Origin: Ignavibacteriales bacterium
GTDB taxonomy: Bacteria; Bacteroidota; Ignavibacteria; UBA10030
Direction of reading: 5' to 3'
Length of the DNA: 64,000 nucleotides
NCBI GenBank assembly: GCA_026390595.1
Contig: JAPLFQ010000015.1
Span: 42,024 to 106,023, forward strand
Shown here: piece after piece, positions 1-9,631 of the stretch
How positions within the stretch are numbered: position 1 is the first letter of the stretch
Layout: each line of letters opens with the position of its first letter
Made by a program: the position numbers and the translations under genes
Notes under the pieces: model-generated
Seen by the model: the letters and a program-made list of their open reading frames with translations, nothing else
What the model was told of the DNA's origin: nothing
Databases searched by the model: none

Positions 1-951
1 GACCTTCTCATTGATGAAGGAATACAGCTGATCGTCTCGAAAGCACTCGACGAAGGGACGAAGGGCTTCAATCTCGACGTAGTCTATGGCAGCAAAGCCG
101 AGGCGAAGGACGTTGTGGCGCATGCGACATCGTTCCCGATGATGAGCGCGAAACGCGTGGTTGTTGTAAAGGAGTTTGAAAAACTCGCGACCACAGAGAT
201 CGCGAAGGAAATCGTTTCAGCCTACGTGAACAATCCGCTCGAATCGACAGTGCTCGTGCTTGTCTCGATCGCCCCGGATTTTCGCAAGAAGCCCTTCACG
301 GATCTCAAGAAGAGGGCGGAAGTGATTGAATGTAAGCCTCTCTACGACAACCAGGTGCCTGCCTGGATCGCTGAACGCATCAAACGTCAGGGAAGAGAGG
401 CAAATGCCGAGGCGTGCCGCCTCATGCAGGCTTATGTGGGGAATTCTCTCAGATCCCTTCAGAACGAGATCGACAAGCTCTTTGTTTTCATCGGTGACCG
501 GAAAAAGGTAAACGTCGAGGATATCGCGGCGGTCGTCGGAGCGACAAAAGGGTACACGATCTTCGAACTCCAGAACGCGATCGGGCGGAAGGATGCAAAG
601 GAATCCATCAGGATTCTTGAACGGATGCTCGAAGCCGGCCAGGCGCCCCTGATGATCATTGTGATGCTGACACGGTTCTTCACTCAGCTGTGGAAGCTCT
701 CAGATATGAAGGCCCGGAGAATGGGCGAGCAGGAGATCGCGCGTGAAATCGGTGTGCCGCCCTACTATGTCAAGCAGTATATTGAGTTCCGATCCAACTT
801 CGACGTTGACCAGATCGAGCAGAACTTCAAAGCGCTGCTCGAAGCCGACACAGTGATGAAATCGACATCGCGTGATCCTCATCTGGTCCTCGATCTTCTC
901 GTCCTCTCGCTGATGCACCGCTCCACTGAGCCTGTCGGCAACCTGCTCTGA
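1..951 (+). CDS. holA: DNA polymerase III subunit delta (5'-truncated at window edge)
   Basis: Reading frame is open from nt 1 (DLLIDEGIQL...FNLDVVYGSKAEAKDVVAHATSFPMMSAKRVVVVKEF...), so the listed M at 115 is internal. Length and conserved blocks match HolA; stop at 949-951. Confidence 0.8.
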   Translation, partial: DLLIDEGIQLIVSKALDEGTKGFNLDVVYGSKAEAKDVVAHATSFPMMSAKRVVVVKEFEKLATTEIAKEIVSAYVNNPLESTVLVLVSIAPDFRKKPFTDLKKRAEVIECKPLYDNQVPAWIAERIKRQGREANAEACRLMQAYVGNSLRSLQNEIDKLFVFIGDRKKVNVEDIAAVVGATKGYTIFELQNAIGRKDAKESIRILERMLEAGQAPLMIIVMLTRFFTQLWKLSDMKARRMGEQEIAREIGVPPYYVKQYIEFRSNFDVDQIEQNFKALLEADTVMKSTSRDPHLVLDLLVLSLMHRSTEPVGNLL

Positions 952-953
952 CA

Positions 954-1742
954 ATGTCTGCCCGGTTTCTCACCGCTGTGCTGTTCGGTTTCCTCGCCGC
1001 GGCGGCATCCTGCGCAGCGCGCTTGCTCACCCTCAGCGGCTCTCTCGCCACGTTCATCCTGGCTGTCATTATTTACGGCACCGGAGGGTGGCGATGGACG
1101 GTACCGATCGTCACCTTCTTCCTCCTTTCAAGCCTACTTTCGAGGTACGGCCGATCTCAGAAAACGATGTTCGACGAGGTGTTTGAGAAATCAAGCACGC
1201 GTGACTGGGGACAGGTCTTGGCCAATGGAGGCGTCGCCGGTCTGATCGCGGTTCTTTCCGGATTGTTTCCCCTCTACGATTTCTATCCTCTCTATCTTGG
1301 ATCGCTTGCCGCAGTTACCGCTGACACATGGAGTACGGAGATCGGAGTGTTGGGGAAGGGAAGAACCTATTCCGTGGTTTCGTTCAGGCCCGTAGAGCCC
1401 GGGACGAGCGGTGGAGTTTCAGAGTATGGATCGATGGGAGGAGCCGTGGGTGCAGCTGTGGTGGCACTCTCAGGATATCCCTGGTACACGGAGCTTCGGA
1501 CGACGCTCGTTGTCGTGACGGCAGGCATCGCAGGCAGTCTTGCCGACAGTCTGCTCGGAGCGACGGTGCAGGCTCAGTTCAAGTGTGTTGTGTGCGAAAA
1601 AACTACGGAGCGAAAAATCCACTGCGGCAAAACCACGAAGCTTGCCCGCGGAATCCCGTGGTTTGGTAACGATGTTGTGAACGGTCTGTGCGCGCTGGCA
1701 GGAGCGCTCGTCGTGTGGGGGCTTCTGTTGCTCCGGTTGTAG
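954..1742 (+). CDS. DUF92 (TMEM19-like) integral membrane protein
   Basis: 262-aa polytopic membrane protein with a Gly-rich C-terminal block (GIAGSLADSLLGATVQ). Starts 3 nt after the holA stop. Confidence 0.7.
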   Translation: MSARFLTAVLFGFLAAAASCAARLLTLSGSLATFILAVIIYGTGGWRWTVPIVTFFLLSSLLSRYGRSQKTMFDEVFEKSSTRDWGQVLANGGVAGLIAVLSGLFPLYDFYPLYLGSLAAVTADTWSTEIGVLGKGRTYSVVSFRPVEPGTSGGVSEYGSMGGAVGAAVVALSGYPWYTELRTTLVVVTAGIAGSLADSLLGATVQAQFKCVVCEKTTERKIHCGKTTKLARGIPWFGNDVVNGLCALAGALVVWGLLLLRL

Positions 1743-1761
1743 GTCGAAATGCCATTTCGAC
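1743..1761 (+). terminator. hairpin immediately after the DUF92 gene stop (8-bp stem, no U-tract)
   Basis: gtcgaaat-gcc-atttcgac. Lies in the convergent gap with the minus-strand methyltransferase. Confidence 0.35.
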
Positions 1762-2210
1762 CACATTGAACCGGTGAACATCCAATGGCGAACAACGAAT
1801 AACGAATCATGAAGTATGGTGCACTTATCTCACTCTCCACAACAAATCTGCAACGGTATCCTGCTTTCCTTCGAACTTGAATCTGAACAGTTTTGCCTGG
1901 TCGAAGTGATCGAGGCAGGACTTCACGCTGGCGTTGTCCCCATTCGTGGGGAAGAGCGAAGCGTTTCTTCAGTTCTTCTTCGCGTGCGCCAGGGGTCATT
2001 GCCATTGCCCTTCTCCTTCACGTTTCTAGAAGCTGCCACAAAAATCCTCACGCCCGCCTGCCTCTGGAATTGCCCGAGGCGGGCAGGCAAAGGCGCCAGG
2101 CTGCAAGAAAACCGTTGGGAAATCAAACCATCATTACCTGCTTTGCGTTCGTTGTTTACACCGACGCTCGTTGTCGGGGCGGCTTTGTGTGAAAGTTCTC
2201 GAAGGGGCCT

Positions 2211-3353
2211 CTAGCCTTTCTGGAAAATGAAAATGTATTCGTGCTTGAAAAGGTAGAACCCGCCGGCCAGGGCACGGAACCTCCAGAGCTCCTTCTGACT
2301 CCTCTTGCCCATGGTCTCCTCGAAGTTCTTGACTACGATGCTCTTGAGTTTGTAATTTCTTTTCAAGACTTCGTTCATCACCATGAAGCCGAGCGGCTTC
2401 CATTCCCCCTTCTCATATTTGTCGCCGATGACGACTGCGAGCATGCGGCCATCGTCCAGAGCCGGCGTAACATTGTCGACGACTGCTCCAAATTGCTCCG
2501 CGAAATCTTCCGGCGTCCGGGTATTCGAAAGATCACGGCGGCTCTTGCTGAACTGAATAATGTTGTGGTAGGGTGGATGGAGGATGACCAGCTGGACAGA
2601 TTGTGTTTCATACTTCCGCAGAACCTGCTTGATATTGATAGTCCTGCTATCGCCGACCTCCAGTCCAACGATTGTTCCGGTGCTTTCGGCGTGATTTCCT
2701 TTCAGCGTTTGTCCGACCTTCTTCGCCACGGACGACTGGAGTTCAATGCCGATGCAATTCCGTTTCAGTCGCTGCGCTTCCAGCAGGGTCGTCCCGCTCC
2801 CTGCGAACGCATCAAGGACCCAATCTCCCGATTTCGTGTATCTCATCATCAACTGATGCGGTATCTGCGGAATGAAATTTCCCCAGTACCAGGACGAGTG
2901 ACCGCCGGTTCCATCCCGGCGGTCGAGGAGCCAGAGACTGTCCGTCAGGATCGTCTTGTATTCCTTCCAGCGATTGAGGTTGATGTCGTTGATCTTGCGG
3001 GTCTTGACCTTGATGAGGGAGCGTTTCAATCTGTCAAGGTAGTACCGGGCCCTCGGGAGGGTTTTTGTGCGTTCGATCTGATCGAGTTGAGAAAGGAAAT
3101 GGTCCCGGGGAATGCTTGCCAGGGGAGATTCGTCGTTGGAAGACCCAAGCGTGAGGATCGTGTTCGAGTCTGACGAGAGGCGCTCTTTCAGCGACCTGAT
3201 ACCCGAATGAACAGTTCGAATTCTCCCCACTTCGAGCAGACGGTCAATTGCCTCGAGAATGTCCACATCGTTGCCGGAAGTGAATGAGGCCATGGGATTG
3301 CCGGAAAGAGAAATGCTCTCTGTTCTGACCAAGATACAGATTTCCCGGTTCAT
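2211..3353 (-). CDS. DNA methyltransferase, N6-adenine/N4-cytosine family (DPPY-type), orphan
   Basis: Motif I region ...HSSWYWGNFIPQIPHQLMMRYTKSGDWVLDAFAGSGTTLLEAQRLKRNCIGIE followed about 95 aa later by catalytic motif IV LVILHPPYHNI. Start is uncertain: the ORF is open to 3452, but that would leave only 20 bp to the divergent spmA-like gene, so 3353 (MNREIC...) or 3293 (MASFTS...) is more plausible. Confidence 0.75.
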   Translation of the reverse strand: MNREICILVRTESISLSGNPMASFTSGNDVDILEAIDRLLEVGRIRTVHSGIRSLKERLSSDSNTILTLGSSNDESPLASIPRDHFLSQLDQIERTKTLPRARYYLDRLKRSLIKVKTRKINDINLNRWKEYKTILTDSLWLLDRRDGTGGHSSWYWGNFIPQIPHQLMMRYTKSGDWVLDAFAGSGTTLLEAQRLKRNCIGIELQSSVAKKVGQTLKGNHAESTGTIVGLEVGDSRTINIKQVLRKYETQSVQLVILHPPYHNIIQFSKSRRDLSNTRTPEDFAEQFGAVVDNVTPALDDGRMLAVVIGDKYEKGEWKPLGFMVMNEVLKRNYKLKSIVVKNFEETMGKRSQKELWRFRALAGGFYLFKHEYIFIFQKG

Positions 3354-3472
3354 TGCAAAGACGCGGCGTCGGGGTGCGGCATGGGGGAGTTTCTCCTTGA
3401 TTTTGGGACGAAAAGAATTAGCTTTACTCGCACCCAGCCAACCCGATCCCATTTCTTATCCATTGACCGGTC

Positions 3473-4474
3473 ATGCTCAATTACATTTGGATTTCGCTCA
3501 TTGCTATCGGAATTCTTGTTGCAGTGGGAAACGACATCCGCGACGAGGTCCAGAACACCTACCGCAACGGCCTTCCTTTGGAAGCGTCCGTCGTGATTCA
3601 TAAATCACCCACCTCGCTCAGGCAAACATGGGAGGGTGAACTTCTGCTCACGGCCGAGGCATATAACGACTTCTATGGAGCCAAATCGACCGCATCCGAT
3701 GTCCGTCAGCCGGTCGTCATCAGTATAGTCTCGGGAATGGAATCTCAAATCGCTCTCCCCATTGTTCCGGCGACACCTGATCGTTGGAGGGAAATGGCGA
3801 AGTCCGCTGCAAACAGGGAGAGATTAACCGGAGTGGTGCGAACAATGACGATCGCGCCGGACCAGCAGACGGCCAGGGTCCAGGTCGTTATCGAGCCCGT
3901 CCGCTTCGTGAAGATGAAAGCAGTCACGCAGGCGGCGCTCGACTACGCTTCGACGGCTGTCACTATTGCACTGGGCCTGATCGGGGTCATGGCACTCTGG
4001 CTTGGCGTGATGAAAGTTGCCGAAGAGGCGGGCCTTCTCCGGATTGTCACAAGGATGCTGACCCCGATTACCAGGAGATTGTTCCCGGATATTCCGACGG
4101 ATCATCCGGCAATCGGGGCGATGATCATGAATATTGCCGCAAACATGCTCGGTCTCAGCAACGCAGCGACACCGCTGGGGCTGAAGGCGATGGAGGAACT
4201 GAACAAACTCAATCCGAAGACCGGGACCGCCACGAACTCCATGATCACATTCCTCACGATCAATACCGGCGGTCTTATCCTGATTCCTGCGACTGCCATA
4301 GCGGTACGCGCGTCGGCTGGTTCGGCAAATCCTGGAATTATCATCGGCACCTCAATCTTCGGAGCCGCGTGCGCAACAGCGGCCGGTGTGATCGCGGCAA
4401 AACTCCTCCAGAGGCTTCCTAGGTATCGGAAAGATTTTGAAGCAGAGCCGGGAAAGGGGGTGTCCCATGGGTGA
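3473..4474 (+). CDS. spmA: SpmA-like nucleoside-recognition (Gate) domain membrane protein with a large inserted loop domain
   Basis: N-terminus MLNYIWISLIAIGILVAVGND and the later block AVTQAALDYASTAVTIALGLIGVMALWLGVMKVAEEAGLLRIV...RRLFPDIP match canonical SpmA. About 125 aa are inserted between them. Confidence 0.75.
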   Translation: MLNYIWISLIAIGILVAVGNDIRDEVQNTYRNGLPLEASVVIHKSPTSLRQTWEGELLLTAEAYNDFYGAKSTASDVRQPVVISIVSGMESQIALPIVPATPDRWREMAKSAANRERLTGVVRTMTIAPDQQTARVQVVIEPVRFVKMKAVTQAALDYASTAVTIALGLIGVMALWLGVMKVAEEAGLLRIVTRMLTPITRRLFPDIPTDHPAIGAMIMNIAANMLGLSNAATPLGLKAMEELNKLNPKTGTATNSMITFLTINTGGLILIPATAIAVRASAGSANPGIIIGTSIFGAACATAAGVIAAKLLQRLPRYRKDFEAEPGKGVSHG

Positions 4475-5015
4475 TCTCTTCCGTGCAATCATCAACGTGG
4501 TCTCCATCCTGGCCATCCCGCTTCTTCTTCTCATTTTCCTCGGGTACGGCATCTTGAAGAAGGTCCGCGTGTACGAGGTCTTCGTGGAGGGAGCAAAAGA
4601 AGGGTTCACGACTGCCATCCGCATTATTCCATATCTCGTCGCGATGTTGTTCGCGATCGGCATCTTCCGTGCGAGCGGAGCTCTGGAATTGCTCACAGCT
4701 CTACTTGCGCCTGCAACGAATCTCATCGGCATGCCTCCGGAGACTCTTCCCATGGCGCTCATGAGGCCGCTTTCCGGAAGCGGGTCGCTTGGAATTATGA
4801 CAGAGCTGATGAAAGTCCATGGCCCCGATTCCTTCATTGGAATCCTGGCATCGACCATGTACGGAAGCTCTGAGACGACGTTCTACGTGCTCGCTGTCTA
4901 TTTCGGATCGGTCCAGATCAAGAATACCCGTCACGCAGTGCCGGCAGGCTTGATCGCCGATGTCTTCGGCATGCTCGGTGCCGTGCTGATCTGCAGAATT
5001 CTATTCGGAGCATAA
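4467..5015 (+). CDS. spmB: spore maturation protein B-like membrane protein
   Basis: MGDLFRAIINVVSILAIPLLLLIFLGYGILKKVRVYEVFVEGAKEGF... matches SpmB. Overlaps the spmA 3' end by 8 nt (translational coupling). The ORF is open from 4437, but the M at 4467 gives the canonical N-terminus. Confidence 0.8.
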   Translation: MGDLFRAIINVVSILAIPLLLLIFLGYGILKKVRVYEVFVEGAKEGFTTAIRIIPYLVAMLFAIGIFRASGALELLTALLAPATNLIGMPPETLPMALMRPLSGSGSLGIMTELMKVHGPDSFIGILASTMYGSSETTFYVLAVYFGSVQIKNTRHAVPAGLIADVFGMLGAVLICRILFGA

Positions 5016-6371
5016 ATGAAATCGACTGTGCGGCCTTTCGAGATACTTCTTATTTGGGGTTTGCTGGCTTTCGCGTTCCATGAAGCGATCGCTCAAACTC
5101 CCTTGGGGCAGCCCTCGCGGTTCTCAGCGCTGAAGGATCAACAGTCGATCACCGGCGGCGTTGGCATGACGATCATCGATGGGAAGCCGTATTACCTCTT
5201 CAATCTTACACCTGAGCTTTCGTTTGGGAAAATCGGCGTTGGGCTGGACATCAATATCCGCGTTGGCGAAGACGGGAAGGTGCGCCACGAGGATTTTAAG
5301 GATGCCTACAGTTACCTCCGGCTCATCCGGTATCTCCGCTACGGTGCGAAACATGAACCCTTGTATGCCCGCGTAGGGTCACTCGACTACTCTCGCATCG
5401 GTCACGGCTCTATCATGTACATGTATCGGAACACGGCAAGTTACGATCTGAGAAAGGTTGGAGTCGAGTTTGACGCTGATTTTCAAAAGGTCGGTTTCGA
5501 GTCGATGTACAGCGATGTTGCCGGCCGAGGCGTCCTCGGCCTTCGCGGGTACGCGCGGCCTCTGCAATTCACAGATGCCGTTGCCCTGCCGATTATCGGC
5601 GGGCTCGAGGCAGGCGTGACCTTCGCTTCGGACCTGAACGCCAACGCGAACCAAACATGGGGAGACGCGCGTGGGAGCACTGGCAGCGCTCAGGGAGGAG
5701 GAGCGCTTTCGGTCATCGGTGTTGACCTAGGACTTCCTCTCCTGTCCCACGACGTTGTGCATTCCACCCTGTATGCCGACTATGCGAAGATCCTCACGTA
5801 CGGGAGCGGAGCTACCGTCGGAATTAATCTAGAGCTAAGAGGGCTCGGCCTTGTGACTTTTGACGCGAAATACGAGAGACGGTTCGTGGGAGATCATTTC
5901 GTTCCATCCTATTTTGACGCGTTCTATGAGAGAGACAGGTATCAACTTCTCGACACGACGCGGTTCATAAGCAAGGCACAGATGTTGAAAGGGGCGCAAT
6001 CGTACGACGGCTATTTTGGAGAACTGCTGATCAGCATCCTCAACACATTCAATATCGTCGGAGGATACCAGGCTCCTGTAGGAGTGCCGAATGGCGGCAC
6101 GCTTCACCTCGAACTTGAGACGATGAAAGCGCTGCCGGGCATTCTTTTCAACGCCGGATACGATAAGAAGAACGTGGGAGCGATTTTCAAACTTGACAAC
6201 AATTCACTCCTCTATGCTCAGGTCGGCTATCAGCCCATGCCATACCTCGTTGTGTCGATGCTCTATCAATGGACGTTTTCCGAAGTGCGTGATGAAGTGA
6301 CGGGAAAAGTCACCGGCTACGAGCCGCAGAAGCGGATTGAGCCCAGAGTTGGATTCGTTGTTCACTTCTGA
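5016..6371 (+). CDS. hypothetical outer-membrane beta-barrel protein
   Basis: Cleavable signal peptide (…AFHEAIAQ), alternating hydrophobic beta-strand pattern, and a C-terminal ...GFVVHF with terminal Phe typical of OMPs. Starts 1 nt after the spmB stop. Confidence 0.5.
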   Translation: MKSTVRPFEILLIWGLLAFAFHEAIAQTPLGQPSRFSALKDQQSITGGVGMTIIDGKPYYLFNLTPELSFGKIGVGLDINIRVGEDGKVRHEDFKDAYSYLRLIRYLRYGAKHEPLYARVGSLDYSRIGHGSIMYMYRNTASYDLRKVGVEFDADFQKVGFESMYSDVAGRGVLGLRGYARPLQFTDAVALPIIGGLEAGVTFASDLNANANQTWGDARGSTGSAQGGGALSVIGVDLGLPLLSHDVVHSTLYADYAKILTYGSGATVGINLELRGLGLVTFDAKYERRFVGDHFVPSYFDAFYERDRYQLLDTTRFISKAQMLKGAQSYDGYFGELLISILNTFNIVGGYQAPVGVPNGGTLHLELETMKALPGILFNAGYDKKNVGAIFKLDNNSLLYAQVGYQPMPYLVVSMLYQWTFSEVRDEVTGKVTGYEPQKRIEPRVGFVVHF

Positions 6372-6527
6372 GTATGATCGAGGCAGGGTTGAAGGGCTTT
6401 TTAGTTGCTTTTCTTGGGTTGAGTGGCTATCTTTTTTCCGCCGTAATGGGTCTGCAGCTCTGATATTTGCACACGGCACGCATCGCTGCATCCCTTCCGC
6501 GTTGTTCACTCATTTGAATATCTTGCT

Positions 6528-7427
6528 ATGTCCCTTCTGAATAAGCTCGTAGTCACCGCGATGCCGCTCATCCCGAAGGCTATCGTGGGTCGGGTCGCGG
6601 CGCGGTACATCGCCGGCACGACACTCGCCGATGGCGTCAAGACCGTGAAGAGGCTCAATCAGGCGGGGATGATGACGACCATGGACCTTCTGGGCGAAGA
6701 CGTGAACGACGCCCGCGAGGCGCAGGCGGTTCGTGACAACATCCTCCCGATTCTCCAGGCCATCCACCAGAACTCACTCAATTCCAATGTCTCGATCAAG
6801 CCAACGCAATTGGGGTTGAGCATCGACAAGGAACTGGGGCGCAAGAACATCCGGGCGATTCTTGAGGAGGCCCGAAAGCTGGGAAATTTTGTGCGGATCG
6901 ACATGGAGGACGCCCAGACCACCGACAACACGCTTGAGATTTACCGGAAACTCAAAGGGGAAGGGTTTTCGAATACCGGGGTCGTTATCCAGTCCTATCT
7001 TCACCGGAGTGAGTCCGACGTGCGTGCCCTGGTCAGAGAAGGCGCGAACTTCCGGCTCTGCAAGGGTATCTACAATGAATCTCCCGCGATCGCTTTCAAG
7101 GGCCGCCAGGAAATCCGCGACAACTTCATGAAGCTGCTGAAGATCATTCTCGAGGGGGGATCGTACGTCGGGATTGCGACGCACGACGATTTCCTCATCG
7201 ACGGCGCGATGAAGCTCATCCAGAAACTCGGTCTGAAACCGGCGCAGTATGAATTCCAGATGTTGCTCGGCGTCCGTGAATCCAGGCGCGATGAAATCGT
7301 GCGGGCCGGACACAGGCTGCGGGTCTATGTGCCGTACGGAGAACAATGGTATGCGTATTCGACACGCCGCCTGAAAGAAAACCCGGCGATGGCATGGTAT
7401 ATTACCAAGGCAATATTTATTCGTTGA
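6528..7427 (+). CDS. proline dehydrogenase (monofunctional ProDH)
   Basis: 299-aa TIM-barrel ProDH signature blocks (LGEDV, IDMEDAQTTD, VIQSYLHRSE, YVPYGEQWYAYSTRRLKENP). Confidence 0.8.
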   Translation: MSLLNKLVVTAMPLIPKAIVGRVAARYIAGTTLADGVKTVKRLNQAGMMTTMDLLGEDVNDAREAQAVRDNILPILQAIHQNSLNSNVSIKPTQLGLSIDKELGRKNIRAILEEARKLGNFVRIDMEDAQTTDNTLEIYRKLKGEGFSNTGVVIQSYLHRSESDVRALVREGANFRLCKGIYNESPAIAFKGRQEIRDNFMKLLKIILEGGSYVGIATHDDFLIDGAMKLIQKLGLKPAQYEFQMLLGVRESRRDEIVRAGHRLRVYVPYGEQWYAYSTRRLKENPAMAWYITKAIFIR

Positions 7428-7464
7428 ACCAGTTTTCTCTAACCCATAAGCGAAGGAGACAGAT

Positions 7465-9573
7465 ATGGCAGATACGAAGAGCGGTGGCGGGGGCGGACCG
7501 GTGTTCAGACCGTTCGTTCCTGTCGAGACCGACATGAAGGAGTTCACCGTCCGCGCGCTGATCATCGGCCTGGTGATGTGCGTGGTCCTCGGCGCGGCGA
7601 ACGCCTACCTCGGTCTCAAAGCAGGCATGACGATAGCCGCGACCTACCCGGCCGCGGTAATCGGCATGGCAATCCTGCGAATCTACAAAGGCTCGCTTCT
7701 CGAAGAGAACTTTGCCCGTACCGTCGGTTCAATCGGCGAGTCCGTCGCGGCCGGAGCGATCTTCACCATTCCGGCGTTTGTCGTTCTGCAGCTCTGGAAG
7801 TTCGATACCGCCAACATGCTTACCGAATATCTCACTGCAAGTGCGTTGATGATTCTCGGCGGCATCCTCGGAATAATGTTTGTCACGATTCTTCGGAAAG
7901 TGATGGTCGAAGATTCCTCGCTGCCGTTCCCGGAATCGGTGGCGGCAAGCGAGATTCACAAAGCAGGGCAGCGGGGGACGGAAGCCGCGATGCAGCTGTT
8001 CAAGGCGATGGGCGTTGGGGCACTGGTCAAGCTGCTCTCAAGAGCCGACATCGGCACCAAGGACGGACTCGGAGCTTTCTTCTATCAGAACAGTTTTCAA
8101 ATTCCTGTCGGGAAGCTGAAAGAAAGCCTCGTCCGTCTCGGACTCACGAAGGATTCCAACATAGTCCCGGCTGGCGGAATCACGACGTTCTCAGCCCCTG
8201 ACATCACGCCTGCCTACATAGGCGTCGGATACATTATTGGCCCCGAGCTGGGCGCGCTGAACTTCGCTGGCGGTTTGCTGGCATGGGGTCTGTTTGTTCC
8301 TCTGCTTGTCTTCTTCCTTGGCCCCCACATGATTGACAAGTACACCGCGGTTGACGGGACGCAGAACTGGCCGGCATTGACAGGACACCTCTACCGGTTT
8401 ATCGTGCGTCCGATTGCTGTCGGCGGCATGCTCGTTGGTGCGTGTTTCACTCTGTGGCGGATGCGCAAGAACCTTCTCCTTGGAATCAAGAGGGGTGTCG
8501 CAGACGTTCGCAAAGCGGCTTCTTCCGAAACGACGACACTTCGCACCGAGAAAGACCTTTCCTTCCGGGTGGTTCTCCTCGGGATCGTCGTTGTCTTCAT
8601 CCTTATGATAGCGCTCTATTTCTATTTTACTCAGGCTATCGGCGGCGCTATCCTGGCCGCCATCGTCATGCTCGTCACCGGTTTCTTCTTCGCGGCGGTT
8701 TCGGGAAACCTGGTCGGCATGATCGGTTCTTCCAACAATCCCATCTCGGGCCTGACGCTGGCCACCACGGTCGTTGCAGCATTGACGATGGTCGTCGTCG
8801 GAGTTCACGGCGTTCAGGGGGTCGCTGCGGTTCTCGGTGTCGCTGCGGTAGTTTGCGTCTCTTCTGCTGTCGCAGGCGAGATGCTGCAGGATCTGAAAGT
8901 CGGACATATCCTGGGAGGAACACCATGGAAAATGCAGATCGGTGACATTATTGGCGTCATTCTGGCGGGTCTTGTGATGTTCTTCCCGTTGTACGTTCTT
9001 CACAATTCAGATCTCGCTCTCAACCCTCTTACAGGAGGCTTCGGAAGCAAGAATCTTCCCGCTCCCCAGGCCGGCTTGATGGCAGCTCTTTCTCAGGGCA
9101 TTGTCGGCGGCGAGATGGCATGGCCCCTCGTCATCGTTGGAATCGCCATGGGCGTGGTGCTGATCCTCATCAAGGTGCGCAGTCCGATGTTGTTCTCCGT
9201 CGGCATGTACCTTCCGCTCGGGACAACGTTCGCCATCTTCATTGGCGGCCTTATCCGCGGAGTCGTGGACAAGCGTGCGAAGAAGAAAGGGTTCAACGAT
9301 GCGCAGAAGGCCCGGGTAGAAAACGCGGGGATTCTTGCTGCATCCGGCCTGATCGCCGGAGAGGCATTGATGGGGCTGTTCATTGCCGCCGTCGTGTTCA
9401 TTTTTGATCGCATGGGTAAGCCGCCCGAGTTCTGGGCGATGGAGGCCTTCAATGATGTCGCACCGTGGCTTGCTATAGCGTTCTTCGCGGTTCTTGCGAC
9501 GTACCTCATTTTTGTTCCGTTGAAGAAAGCGGGTTCACCGGATGAACCGGCTCCTCCAACTGCGATGATGTAA
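7465..9573 (+). CDS. OPT family oligopeptide transporter
   Basis: 702 aa with about 16 predicted TM segments; N-terminal block REFTVRALIIGLVMCVVLGAANAYLGLKAGMTIAATYPAAVIGMAI typical of the OPT/YGL114w family. Confidence 0.85.
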   Translation: MADTKSGGGGGPVFRPFVPVETDMKEFTVRALIIGLVMCVVLGAANAYLGLKAGMTIAATYPAAVIGMAILRIYKGSLLEENFARTVGSIGESVAAGAIFTIPAFVVLQLWKFDTANMLTEYLTASALMILGGILGIMFVTILRKVMVEDSSLPFPESVAASEIHKAGQRGTEAAMQLFKAMGVGALVKLLSRADIGTKDGLGAFFYQNSFQIPVGKLKESLVRLGLTKDSNIVPAGGITTFSAPDITPAYIGVGYIIGPELGALNFAGGLLAWGLFVPLLVFFLGPHMIDKYTAVDGTQNWPALTGHLYRFIVRPIAVGGMLVGACFTLWRMRKNLLLGIKRGVADVRKAASSETTTLRTEKDLSFRVVLLGIVVVFILMIALYFYFTQAIGGAILAAIVMLVTGFFFAAVSGNLVGMIGSSNNPISGLTLATTVVAALTMVVVGVHGVQGVAAVLGVAAVVCVSSAVAGEMLQDLKVGHILGGTPWKMQIGDIIGVILAGLVMFFPLYVLHNSDLALNPLTGGFGSKNLPAPQAGLMAALSQGIVGGEMAWPLVIVGIAMGVVLILIKVRSPMLFSVGMYLPLGTTFAIFIGGLIRGVVDKRAKKKGFNDAQKARVENAGILAASGLIAGEALMGLFIAAVVFIFDRMGKPPEFWAMEAFNDVAPWLAIAFFAVLATYLIFVPLKKAGSPDEPAPPTAMM

Positions 9574-9631
9574 TCTCGTCATATGTAGTGAAGTCGAGCG
9601 GAGTAGCGCCATCAGGCCTGCTCCGCTCATT

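Noticed and set aside
1816-2214. 132-aa plus-strand ORF in the convergent gap
   Set aside because: No start context, low-complexity product, no homology pattern. The gap is kept as a finding instead.
2241-3173. 310-aa plus-strand ORF
   Set aside because: Lies entirely antisense inside the minus-strand methyltransferase gene, which has clear catalytic motifs. Low-complexity product typical of high-GC antisense frames.
3784-4422. 212-aa plus-strand ORF, Arg/Gly/Asp-rich
   Set aside because: Alternative frame within the spmA-like gene. Composition is an artefact of GC-rich codons in frame +1.
8191-9003. 270-aa minus-strand ORF
   Set aside because: Antisense to the OPT transporter. Highly charged low-complexity product with no motifs.
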